Below are positions 23,701 through 34,972 of a stretch of DNA of 64,000 bases, piece by piece; within the stretch, counting starts at the first letter, position 1; every line of letters starts with the position of its first letter. Made by a program: the position numbers and the translations under genes. Location: the NCBI RefSeq assembly GCF_000143415.4, contig NW_003314294.1, positions 1,106,416 to 1,170,415 of the forward strand. The letters are read 5' to 3'. The notes beneath the pieces were generated by a model. The model did not search any database, was not told where the DNA came from, and saw nothing but the letters and a program-made list of their open reading frames with translations. Source of the DNA: Selaginella moellendorffii. Taxonomy: Eukaryota; Plantae; Lycopodiophyta.

Positions 23701-26105
23701 ACTCCATTTCAGGTCCATCTCGGACTCCATATCGGACTCCACTTCGGGTCCATCTCGGACTCTATATCGGACTCCATCTCGGACTCTTCCACGTGTCATG
23801 TGTTGGTCCTTTTGGGGTCCCTTTTTGGAGCTTTGCTTATTGCTCGCTTCATGCTTGCTCCTTGAGCACTTTGTTGGGAGTTCCACTCCCGCTCTCGACC
23901 TTCCAAGTTAGAGCTTTTAGTCCAAATGTGTTACACTCGTTTGGCTTTTGCTTCGGCCACTACCACGTGGCACCCTTTCCGGCTCCACTTTGGGGCCTAG
24001 GGATTTTGTGTCTCACATGCTCATCCTCACTCCACAATCTATATCATTCATTTTCACTCCACTACTATATCCATTTGTCCTCACATCATCATCAAGGCCA
24101 AACTCCCGTTTATCTCTTCTACCCCCTCCTTCAAAGAAAAAAATGTTTGAATTGTTAGGATAAAGAGGAGAAAGCGAAAAAATTTGAGGAAGAAATAATA
24201 TGGAAGAAAAAAAAGTGGATAAAGAAGCATTGAAAGAGGAATTTTTAGTAGCTATCAATATTAAAATATTTCAGCTATCACAATATAAGCAAAAGATTCA
24301 CACTATTCAACTTCTTTAACACATAATTCAATATTTGAGATAAGAATATCAATAGAAACGTTCACACTCTCAAGATAACATATAAACTTCTTAGTAGTAA
24401 TGGTAAAATAAAAGCTTTTAATAGCACTCACAAGTGGGGATACATACTCAACCTGAAACTCTAGTCAAAATTACTCAACTTTTGGAATAAAGGAATACTC
24501 AACACTAAAACTAATCAAAGACTTTACTAACGAAACAAAAGTGAGATTTTCAACTTCTTGCATATGCTAAATATCTATATTAGTATGAGGAGGACAAAAA
24601 ATACTCAACTCAACACTAGATTGAAAATAAAAATTATAAAAGTCATAAATAATCGATGTGCTATGAAAAGAAAATATTGCAAATGAGGAAAAAACACTAG
24701 GAACATGAGAAGGTGGCTTAAGCTAAAAAAGAAAAGAAAATTGGAAAAGAGCAAAAAGTAAAGAGAAAATATCAAATAACAAATTGAAGGATTAACACTT
24801 ACCCCATGATAAAAATATCTTAAGTTCATTAAAACAATTTAGAATCCACTCAAAGTCATATATATTGTCTTCCTATAAACTCAATCCTTGAACATTCTCC
24901 AAGAACAAAATCGCATCATCCATAACTCGCCAATCAATATAACAATCATGCTCTACATTAATAGGAGATGGCAAAACACTAAGAATAGGATAAGCCATGT
25001 AATCATGTTTTATAGAAGTTGGAGATAGCAACACACTAAGGATGGGTGCAACAGCAATATGGTCACACCCCACAACACCTAAAGTTCGATCCAATAGAGT
25101 AGCATTAGTAACCTTAAATAACATACTCTTTGATTGATGATAGCATAGTATAATAGAAAAAGGAAATGCAATGAAGATTAAAAGATAGAGTAGATCTAAG
25201 CATAGCGATAATTAGAATTCTAGATCTTGTAAAAAGCTAATACAAATCTAGATTTAAAAGAGAATAAAGAAATAAAAGTAAAAAGCATAATTTTAAACAC
25301 ACATTGCCAAAAAAGTTTTGCCTTTCAGAGATAAATTGCAATGCCCCTTATTTCCACTAATGTGGGAATAAATATATTAATTGGGGTTTAGACCCTTGCT
25401 TATATACAAAAATGGATGGACTAAATTCAATCCCAAATAGTACTATAATTAATATATTACTTAGTCAGAGTAATATATGTATATACATACATGTATTTAC
25501 AAACCTTACAAATTTAATTTTGTTTTCCTTATATTTATTATTTTTTCTTTAATAAAATATGAAATTATTTTCTTACATGTCCAAGGTACCACACATGTTT
25601 CATTACCTTTATTTTACTCTTCCTCTTCTTTCCACAAGTCCCTTCAACTTCATCTTCCACCTCAATCTCAAAGGAAATTGTGCAATCACTACCTATGCCC
25701 ATACTCTGATTATAGAAGAAAGGAACTTTAACTTCACCTTTGTCATCCTATCTTTAGAAAGCCATGATTTGCCTCATCAAAGTGAACATTCTTATCCACC
25801 TTGAAATTTCTTTGATGTTCTTGCTCATCCATCATAGCTGCAAAAGTTGCCACAACTCAGACTGGATTGCCATGTCTTAGTCATCTTCTAAATTGCATCT
25901 AGTGCACCAATTTCATCTTCTAGATCTTTGACAAAGTTAGCCTTACCTCAAGCTAAGGAGAATTCCGCCATTATCCTAATAGCATTGCAAAGAATTTTTT
26001 GACTCAACAAAATGTTGCTGGTCATAAATAGAAGTTCATTATAAGGGCGTGGAAGAACCAATTTTCTTTGCCTTACGCTTTAAACCTAAAATTTTAGAGA
26101 AAGGG

Positions 26106-27035
26106 ATGGATGTTCAATCAAGGTGGAAAAACGCCACAAGACTTGCTGCCAAGGTACAGTTATTTTGTGTGATCCAGCCTAAAGTTCTGTGGTTTTAGAT
26201 TGGTAAAGGTTTGTCCAAATGTCCCGAAGCTATGATTCTTTCTGAGGATAACTGGCTTGAAGCTGTAAGATTCTGCTTTATTACTTAAGAAAGTTATGCT
26301 TTTCTTTTTCTAAATAGATTGACAAGCAGCATCGCAGAGGACACGATTTATATCGAAAGTTCACTACATGGCGATGGAGCAAAACAAAGGAGCCCTTTTT
26401 CCACTGGTATACTCTCTAAACACACAGTTAATCCTGTCGTTCCTAAAGACTTTTCTTTAACTAGGCTTGATGAAGGTGAAGGAAAGCATTGCACGATCTT
26501 CCTTACACATAAAGTTCATTATCTCAGTCCAGTAAGTGTCCTGTTATGTTCAATATTGAGCTCACTTGTAAACGCACAGAAGGAAAGGGAGAGATATGAA
26601 GTGAGCGTCCAAGATGGTCACATGATCTTTAAAATCGATGGAAGGAAAGTTGATACACAATGGACTGAGTGGATGTTTGTGATGGACACTGACGACAGGA
26701 TATATATTAGAGAGGTATCATACATATCTTTTGATGGGCAATTTTCTTATACCTTGATCAATTATCTAGAAAGAGCATGGAAAGTTTCACCATTCTAGTT
26801 TTGTAGCGGGAGGGGCCGTAAAAGCAGCTGGGACGTTACGCGTAAACCAAGGTAAATTGGAGGTAAGATGCTTATAAATTCATAGCACATCCACTGATCG
26901 ATCCAAATTTCCCAGTGTTTAGAAAATTTAAGTGGACACTATCGTCCAGAATCGGTTAACGCCTTCCACAAGGAACTAAAGAAAAGGGGTTGCATGTTAA
27001 GCAAATGTCGTGTAAGAAATGACTGTTATTATTGA
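26106..27035 (+). CDS. IQM: IQM-family (IQ-motif-containing protein-like) gene, about 7 exons, N-terminal IQ motif not seen
   Basis: Spliced reading SRWKNATRLAAK|IGKGLSK...NWLEA|IDKQHRRGHDL...EPFFHW|LDEGEGK...YLSP|KERERYEV...WMFVMD...|...FHHSSFVAGGAVKAAGTL...|...SGHYRP follows the conserved IQM core. GT-AG introns keep the frame. Start and end are uncertain. Confidence 0.8.
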
Positions 27036-27524
27036 ATAATTATGAGATTGATCTTTGCACGGATTCTCAAGAACGTCAAAAACTTGGACGAGCTGCGGCA
27101 TGTTGAGAGCTCCTCCGACTTGAAATTTTGCCCTTCGAGACATGGTATCGTATGGCCTTCTCCATGTTTCTGTTTTTCGTGCAGGCACCAAGCATGATAT
27201 TCCAGGACAAATCGTTGATCGATGGCATGCCTTGCCTCGCTTGGGCTCCCGCACTTCCCATACATTTGCACCAGGAGATTTGCGAGGTTTCATGGACGGC
27301 TATGGCCGTGACCGGGCTATGCACAAAAGGGCGATGCTTGGCTTTGTTTCCTTCAAGTGATGCTCGCAGTGCCACCGTAAAAGAGCATTGTGTCTTGTGT
27401 ATGGAAGTGGGGGGGACTACGCGCAAGGCCGTTTTCCTTCCCTTGTGCTGATTTTGCTGGCTCTTGCTCACTCAGATGATTAATGATCTCAGCAAGAAAT
27501 CTCACAATAGCCTTCCGGGGGTAA

Positions 27525-27694
27525 ATTTCCTAGAGAACTATGTCCCCAGTAGTATCATCTACCCTCTTCGACTCCCCGACACGATGGAACACGATGGTCC
27601 GGGTATTGGCTTTGAGAGATGCCAAGCTCACGTTCATCAGAGAAGCTTGGTTCATCATAGATGATACTACTGTGGACGTAGTTCTCTAGGAAAT
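27525..27694. repeat. 37-bp inverted repeat with a 96-bp spacer (MITE-like or fold-back)
   Basis: atttcctagagaactatgtccccagtagtatcatcta (27525-27561) against 27658-27694, 2 mismatches. Confidence 0.85.
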
Positions 27695-28148
27695 CCAAAG
27701 CTGCCAAACCTTGGAATGGAAAAGAGAAGGAATTCCTAAACACGGAACTCGACTGAAGACATAAATATGTGCCCCTCCTCATCGTCCAGACTACATGGCA
27801 CTCTGGCCCAAAAGTACAGTGCTGTAAGTAGACCAACCATTGACGTCTTGGTTTTCATCCGGCTTTTGAAGGTTGGGAGCTTCAAGATGGTTGAATCCCA
27901 TCCTCTGCGCATTGTTGAGGTTCGTGAATCGCGCTCTCTCCACGTCAGAGCCATGTGGCATCCTAGGTCACGCCCCATGGCAGTTTGTCATGTGTCTTTC
28001 CGCCCATTCGCTATGAAGTATATGGAGCTCTTCTTGGCTCGTGAGTCTGATCACTGTATCAGAGCGAATGGAAGTGTGATCTGAATGCTCTGATCATTCA
28101 TGGCTGGTCCCAAATGCTATCCAGTCTCGTAGCACTTCCATTTGCTCT

Positions 28149-28288
28149 ATTTGAATTTGGTTTTCCAGGTACGCCAGTTCTTCGTATTAAATTTGGGTGG
28201 AGCGGCTACCACATCTCATCACATTTGGTAGTCGCTCCACCCAAACTTGATGGGAAGAACTAGCGTACCTGGGAAACCAAATTCGAAT
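28149..28288 (+). ncRNA. Candidate MIRNA-like hairpin precursor
   Basis: Arms of about 63 nt (28149-28211 and 28226-28288) with a 14-nt loop. About five of the eight non-Watson-Crick positions become G-U pairs on the + strand. The hairpin is certain, the miRNA function is inference. Confidence 0.45.
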
Positions 28289-30375
28289 GATACATGGATG
28301 AGTGAGGTCTGTGGATGATTACGACAAGGAAGGAGCCCTTGGACCAGCCACTAATGATCAGAAAACTGCTTGGAAGAAGCGATTTATATGTAGCAGTCAG
28401 ATGGGGAAAAGAGAGTTACATATGGCTCTGCACCGCAGGTTCTTCTTGGGGCCCCAACAGGAGAAGAGGAGCGTGCTCGGGAGTCCTCGGCAGATGGCAA
28501 TAGCTCTAGAGCCTTTGTGTCATTCCACTGGCGACATCAAGCTTCTAGAGGACGAGCTCGAAGATTTGGAATGAGTTTGGGAGGAAGGGGAATGCCATTT
28601 GGGATGTCCAAGGAAGTTCTTCACTTTGGAAGTGACACATCCTCTGAAACATGACGATCTAGATGGATGTGGAGGTGGCAGGGAGGAGTCCCCAAGGTCT
28701 AATCAGGAAGTGGAAATGCCTAAGGAGAACAGGCAAATGCTGAAGGTGGAACTGGATGTAGAGATTGCTGTCAGCCTGGCGCCCACGCTCAACATGAAGC
28801 TGTCATAGCGTTTATACCAGGAACGAGGCGATTGCTTGAGTCCATAGATCGCACTTCCTTTTGCCATTAACTTCCTCTAACTGCCTGGAATAATCAAATT
28901 TCCAATTTTGTTGCGATTTAGTTGCAGCTTTTGACAGAACACAATTTTGTAGCTCTAACTGACCTCCAACACCCTTTTCCCTCGGCAAGAGCATCGTGAT
29001 ACGGGTCAGTGCTGTAACTCCAAATGCTGTGCGTGGAAATTCGTCCTCTCACTCTCTGAAAGAGGACACTCAAAAGTTACTCACGAAATCCCACCCTCTG
29101 GACACAAAGAGCTCTACCCACTAAGAACACACTGGTAAACGTAGGTGAGGCCCAGCCTAACCTCACAAACCAGAATTACAAACTTAATATACTCTGCGCC
29201 TACACAACATGAGCAAGGCCCGCCACGGGAACAGCATATGCCCAAGCTGGGCAAAATCAGCTCTTGCAAGACAATGTACTACTAATATTTAGCCAGTGGC
29301 TTGAACCGCAGTGTGCAAAGCGAGGCCATCAAGAATGTTGACATCCCAGTCAGAAAGCTGGTTTAGTGTGACTCGGCAATGCTGAAATTATCTAAGACAC
29401 GCTAGAGGCTACTGCAGTCTCAGCTCCAAGACTTGACAGGAGACCACCCCAACTTGTGCCAGGGAATAGTAAAAGTAATTTTGCGAGGAGAATTAACTGG
29501 GGGAAATGTGGAAGATTGTGGAGCCAAGCGTACTCCATAGAAATCATTCCTTGGATGGATGGGATCAAACGTCAAGAGATTTGCGAGATTTGGCGGCTGT
29601 GGATGTGATCGTGAGCGCATCTCAGCTCTTGACCTTGAAAATTCCTGGCTCCCAATCCATACTACCCTTCTAATTTAATGCCTCTAAAATCTTTCACTTG
29701 CGGCTTTTTCCCCTGCCGTTGGTACAAAGAGAACATAAAAAAGAGAGTTACAATGTTGATACCAGTGAAAAAAGGGGTCTTTTGTTCCATCGCCACTTAT
29801 CAAATACTGACACAAATCCCCCCCTGATACTGATACTGTCGATCTATATTACAAAACAAGAGTTTCTTTTTCGAAACTGTGAGCTTCAAGCCAGTATGTG
29901 CTGGAAAGAATCATGGCTTCACGGGCTTTTAGGCTGGAAAGTCTCCAAAACAAAAGACATGCCTTGGCAGCAAGTCTTGCAGCGTTTTTCCACCTTGATT
30001 GAGCATCCGTGGAAACAAGTTTTAAGGGTGATATACCTCTTAAAAGGTACTAAATCCAAAAGTGATACCTCTTAACCTCTTAGAAGGTACTAAGCATGCT
30101 TTACGTTCTCTTGTGCCTTGGTTTGCTTCTTGCCACTCTTCTTCCTTCGCTTATCATGAGAGTAGATGGGCGATGGCGATGACGATGATTACAAGTAAGA
30201 ATTTGTATTGCGTATAAAGGAATAAGAAATGCGCTGTTTCTCGTAGATATGCTTCGCCTGTTTAGATGGATGTCTCAAGCTTCCCTCCTTGACAATGATC
30301 ACCCACTCCCCTTGACACCGGTGCTATCGAAAGCTAAGAACGATGAAACTTACAACTGATTTGCGATGGAGATTG

Positions 30376-33300
30376 TTACAGAAATTCCGGCTTTGCTGCT
30401 GTTACTTTGAACTTGTGGTCGTTTCTCTTCCCATAGTCTCTGCTGATTATTCCAGCAAGCTTTCCAAATCTTTCGATCTGGTAGACGGCATGGCCAAAGT
30501 AAGGCTCAGAATAAATTCCATTCTCTACCTCTGGGATGTCTTTGTGCTTGAGAATGGAAGACATGAACTCGAGGATATGTTCGCAATGGCTGTGGAAGTA
30601 GATGCCGAGGTATGCTGGCATCTCGGTGGCTGTTCTCACGTACTTGATTCTGGAAGAATAGATGTCCGCAATTGTTTGCTTCACTACTCTTTGCGGAAGA
30701 GGCGACACTTTCTGCACGTCCAGCGTAAGGAAATTAAAGACAAGAAAATATGCCACACACAACCTTCGCCTGCTCAAGAAGATCTGCCCAGTACGTTTGA
30801 AACTCCGAGGCAGCAGCGTCGTTTTGTAGCTCAGGTCGCAGTGCAAACATCATCGGGCCTACAGTTTGCACCTCTTTTGAGACCAGCAAAGAGCCGTCAA
30901 ACTGAAACAGGGAGAAACATAAGCAAACGAGTTACAATCAATTTGACGAGATACTTACATGAGCATTATATTTGTTGACAAACTCACGGATGTATTTGTC
31001 CCTCCATATTCTCGCAACTTGCTCCGACTTGAGCTTGGACTTGAGCTTCGTCATCTCAAGTTCCAGGTCTAGCCTCTCCTTCACTGAGACTTCTTCTGCT
31101 TCAAGTGACTTAGCCAGGTCTTTTATAAAACTATCAGCCCCAAGCCCGGTAAAAGGACTGCGATCATCGCCACACTTTGTTTCCGGAGCCTCATTTTCGT
31201 GTTCACGCATTTGTCTGCCTGCAATCTCCAGAAAAAGCTTCGACAAGGTTTGGCCGAGAGCTGAACACATGTCCATCTGTAGCTCAAGTCTAGACTTCGC
31301 TTCTTCCAGTCCCCGGAGCAGCTTCGAGTATCTAAGAGACTGGTCGTTTTGTTTTGTGTCTTCGTCAATTAGTTTGCGAAGCTCTAAAGCATCCTTGACA
31401 GTTTCCGTGACTGTTCCATGCAAGGATCTCGCAAAGTTTGCAGAAGAGTACCAAGACTGCATGAAGACGGGAGTCAGTCGACAAAGACGAAAATAGAAAC
31501 AAAGAAACACAGCTTACACTCCAAAGTTGCCTTGTCAAAGACTTGAGGCTCGGAGCTGAGACGGCAGCTTGTTCTTGCAGTTTCGTTAGCGAGTTCTTCA
31601 TTGAGTTCATGCACTGCTCGCACTCCTCGGCTCTTTGACGGAGTTGAGGGACGAGTTTTGACGCCCGTTCCACCATTCCAGCAGTCTTTTCTTCAGCAAT
31701 ATGTTTGATGGTTTTAATTGGCTCCAGTAGCGTCTCGTCACCCTCACGGATGATGCCATGCAAAGCCTCCAGCAAGACTTCTAATGCCTTCCAGAACGCT
31801 CCGGTGTCGCTTGTTCCTTGACTGGGTATCTTCGGGGCTTCACTTGCAAGCAGCTTCTCAACCGATTCAATGCCGACAAAACAAACCGCGACAGTATCCT
31901 GAAATTCTCTGATGACCGTGCTGATCTGGTTCCTGTAGTTCTGTAGCTGTCGACCTGTCTCACTCTTAAACGTTTTCTCATGTTCTTCAGCCGCTTCTGC
32001 TTGTTGCTTCATAGCCTCCAAGGTTTGTAACAGATGAGCTTGCGTTTTCGCATGAGCAGCTTTCTCTTCTGGAATAGAACAGTCACTAAGCATAATTCTG
32101 GACAAAAGGAAAGCTTTTCTCTTGTACCTTCGAGAGTATGCACGAAATGCTTTGTGAGGTCGTCTATGCTCCTACTGTGTCTGTCCATGTCGTTCATTCT
32201 GTCCGTCTTCAGAGCGGACAAGGAGCACATCGTCTGCCCGTGAGCTTTCTTTTCCTCTGGAATAAAAAATAAAAAATAAAACTTGTAACACAATCCTATG
32301 GTGAATATCCGGAGATCACCTTGTAGTTCAAACTTCAGCAAGCTCACGCTCGAAGTAGTTGACTGAAGATTCAGCTTCGTGCTCTCGGCTTCAGATCTAA
32401 GAGCCTGATTCGACAACACCATCTCCTGATAGGCTAGCTCCATAGAGCGTATATGTTCTGCTGTTTTCTTCATTTTGTCTTCAAGAGAGCGACGCAGGCT
32501 GATTTCTGAGTCCAATGCAAGTTTGGATGTCTCCAGCTTTCGTTCCAAAGCCTCGAAAGACTCCAAGGACAAGGCATTTTCATTTGGTTCTGTGACAGTT
32601 TGGACGTACTTCATCTGAAATCCGAACCAAATGAACTGTTAATTTTCTTTCCCAAGTGGACTCTTACTTTAAATTCTTGTTTGACATCCGTCCGCGCTTC
32701 CTCTGCGATCGACTGGCACGCCTTTTCCATTTTAAGCAAGGTTGTCACTTTGATAACGTCCAGCATATCATCATGCTACAGAAAGGAAGCATGAGACGTA
32801 TCGAAGCACACAATTCTTACCAGATGCTTTGCGTCCAACAAATCGGCCTTCTCTTTGCTCTTTGCGTCAGATATAATCTTCAACGCATTTCCTCGTGCCG
32901 ATTCTACAAGCTCCTTCAGTTCTCGCGGCTCTGTACAAGCCTCAACGCCAGCATTTGTTCTTAGAAGATCGTCTAAAGCCGTCAGTGACAGCGTGCAGCT
33001 CTCCATTTCGTCCACAACATGGCCAGTCCTCTCTTTCATGAAAGAGTACGCTCCCTTTAAATCCTCCCGTTCCATATACAAACCTGATGTAGAAAATACA
33101 AAGCACTTACACGACTACTTCCGAACCATCACCCAAGGCGATACCTTAACAGTTTTAAGTGTTGAGGCCGCGGGTTAGTGACTACACTGGTCACACACCT
33201 TCGATGACTGCTTTTAGGCTTTGAACTTCGCCTTTGTCTGCTGCAGCTAAGGTAGAACGGTAATTCTCGTTTTCTACAAGAAGTTGCTGGACTTTCTTCT

Positions 33301-34552
33301 GCAATGCTGCACAACATCACACCAGAGTTAGAAAACAAACTAAGAGCTGGGAAAACACTTAGCACCTTCTACTTCGGCGACAAGCTTGGCATTCATTGAG
33401 CTGCGAGTGAGAATCTCTTTTTCTTCGAGAAGTTCCTGCACTTGAAGGCGCAATGCTGGCAACAAGCAGCCCTCAGAAGTTAAAACACAATTCCGCAAGA
33501 ACAAACCGCTGCGTACCTGCACACCTTTTTGCTTCTTCGTGGTAGAGCTCATTCAAGGCATAGTTGTCCCTGTCTAGCTTCTCCATGCTTTCGTTGGCAG
33601 AATTGAGCAGCTTTGTCCGGGCATTGAGATCCTTCTCTGCCGTCGCCAGCATCGACGTGAGCTTCTCGTTAATCCCTTTGACTTTTTTGAGCTCCGCAGT
33701 GTTGAAGGCGGCATCCTCGAGCTCGTCGTTCGTCCTGCGAAGCTGTCTTTCGATGTCCGCCAGCCTTTTGGATGCCAGTTCGTTCTCTTCTCTAAGCCTG
33801 ACCAGCTCTTTCAAATCGTCGGGACACTCCTCCTGGAGCCTCGTTAGCTCTTCCTCATGCCGGATCATCACCGCCTTGAGAGCATCGTTCGCGAGCTTCG
33901 TATCCTTGAGGCTCTTTTTGCAGCTTTCTATCTCCTGGTCGCGCTCACACACCGTTTCTCTCAGAGACTGGATCTCCTGCTGCTTCTCCAAAACATTTGC
34001 CTCGAGCTCGCGAATCTTCGCCTCGAAAGTTTCTTTCTCCTCCGTCCGTGCAAACTTCTCCGCGGAGGTTCTCTGGACGAGTTGCATGTAGCTTACTTCC
34101 AGCTTTGTCCTCGCACGATTGCTACTAGAGCCATTTCCCATATACTTGATAGGCTCCATCTCAAGCTTTGGAAGATAGCTCGTGAGAAGCTTGAATGCTG
34201 CCATGACCTTTTGAGCCGTCTCCTCGCCTAGATTCAACTCTGTGAGCACGCGAAACATCCCGATGGAATGGAAGTAGAGGCCGCGGTAGAGCAGATCCAC
34301 CTGACGCGGCTCCAATCCATTGCTCTCAATCAGCTTCTTCCTGTCCAGCCCCGACCGCTTCAATCCACTCTGGAATCCCTGTGACTCACCGCCATTGACA
34401 CCGTGAAAGCTTGCCGCCGCCGCCGCGAGGATCTTGACAAGCAGCCTGTCCAGCCACGCTTCCACCATCGCCGCCTGCTCCATCTCGATCTCCGCCCCGT
34501 CGACCCATGGCTCCCTGACGAGATCGGCCAGGAGATTACCGTCGGAATCCAT
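30376..34552 (-). CDS. Large multi-exon coiled-coil protein of unknown function
   Basis: Consecutive E/K/L-rich minus-strand ORFs (33473-34630, 32776-33081, 32009-32614, 31365-32105, 30938-31510, 30376-30846) separated by short GT-AG introns. Likely start MDSDGNLL at 34552, likely stop after AAKPEFL. Confidence 0.75.
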
Positions 34553-34972
34553 GGCGAGATCGATGGATCGCTCCGCCCTCTCACATTCGCGAATCTCACC
34601 CAAACGAATCCCCTTGGGCGCCAATGCCAAACCCTACCACTGGAACGAATATTCACACGTCTCCGTACGAATGAGAATCTATGGCGGAATGTTCTTCCGT
34701 CCGCCTGCCGTACGTTATGAAGAACGAATATCCTTGGACCCAAAAGAGAATGTGCTTTCCGTACATTTTTATTCCCTGTAATTTATTTGGACACGGTGCT
34801 TTGCAGGCGAGATTGACCTCTTGGGCGGCAGCGCCAGGGCAATGAGGCGCGAGGCGATCGATCGAGGCTGGAATCGCCGCGACGAGATAGGGATCCCCCA
34901 TTTCTCGCGGTAAGCGCAGATTAGGATCTTGCGAGCTACAGCGGAAGATCGGGCCTGGGGTTTTAGTCCGCC

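Larger units (their letters stand above)
9253..24017 (-). mobile_element. Non-autonomous LTR retrotransposon (LARD-like) copy A, interrupted by copy B
   Basis: 3' LTR 9253-10753 followed by the PPT complement actccaccaccc. PBS complement gctccgatacca at about 22246-22257. 5' LTR 22261-24017. TSD TGTTC/TGCTC (1 mismatch). The internal region is the reverse complement of the B/C internals. Confidence 0.9.

Noticed and set aside
24018-25400. AT-rich region with a 57-bp imperfect tandem (PILSVL.SP...HD twice)
   Set aside because: Probably old TE debris, but I could not assign termini or domains.
27076-27471. PPR-like fragment (MPSINDLSWNIMLGAC), with a similar hint at 40592-40870
   Set aside because: Single short motifs with no repeat array or gene structure. 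At most tiny relics.
28300-30100. Short ORFs between the hairpin and the coiled-coil gene
   Set aside because: No recognisable domain or consistent exon chain.
33564-34231. Antisense ORFs over the coiled-coil, LysM, PsbQ and DUF604 genes
   Set aside because: Shadow frames of real coding exons.
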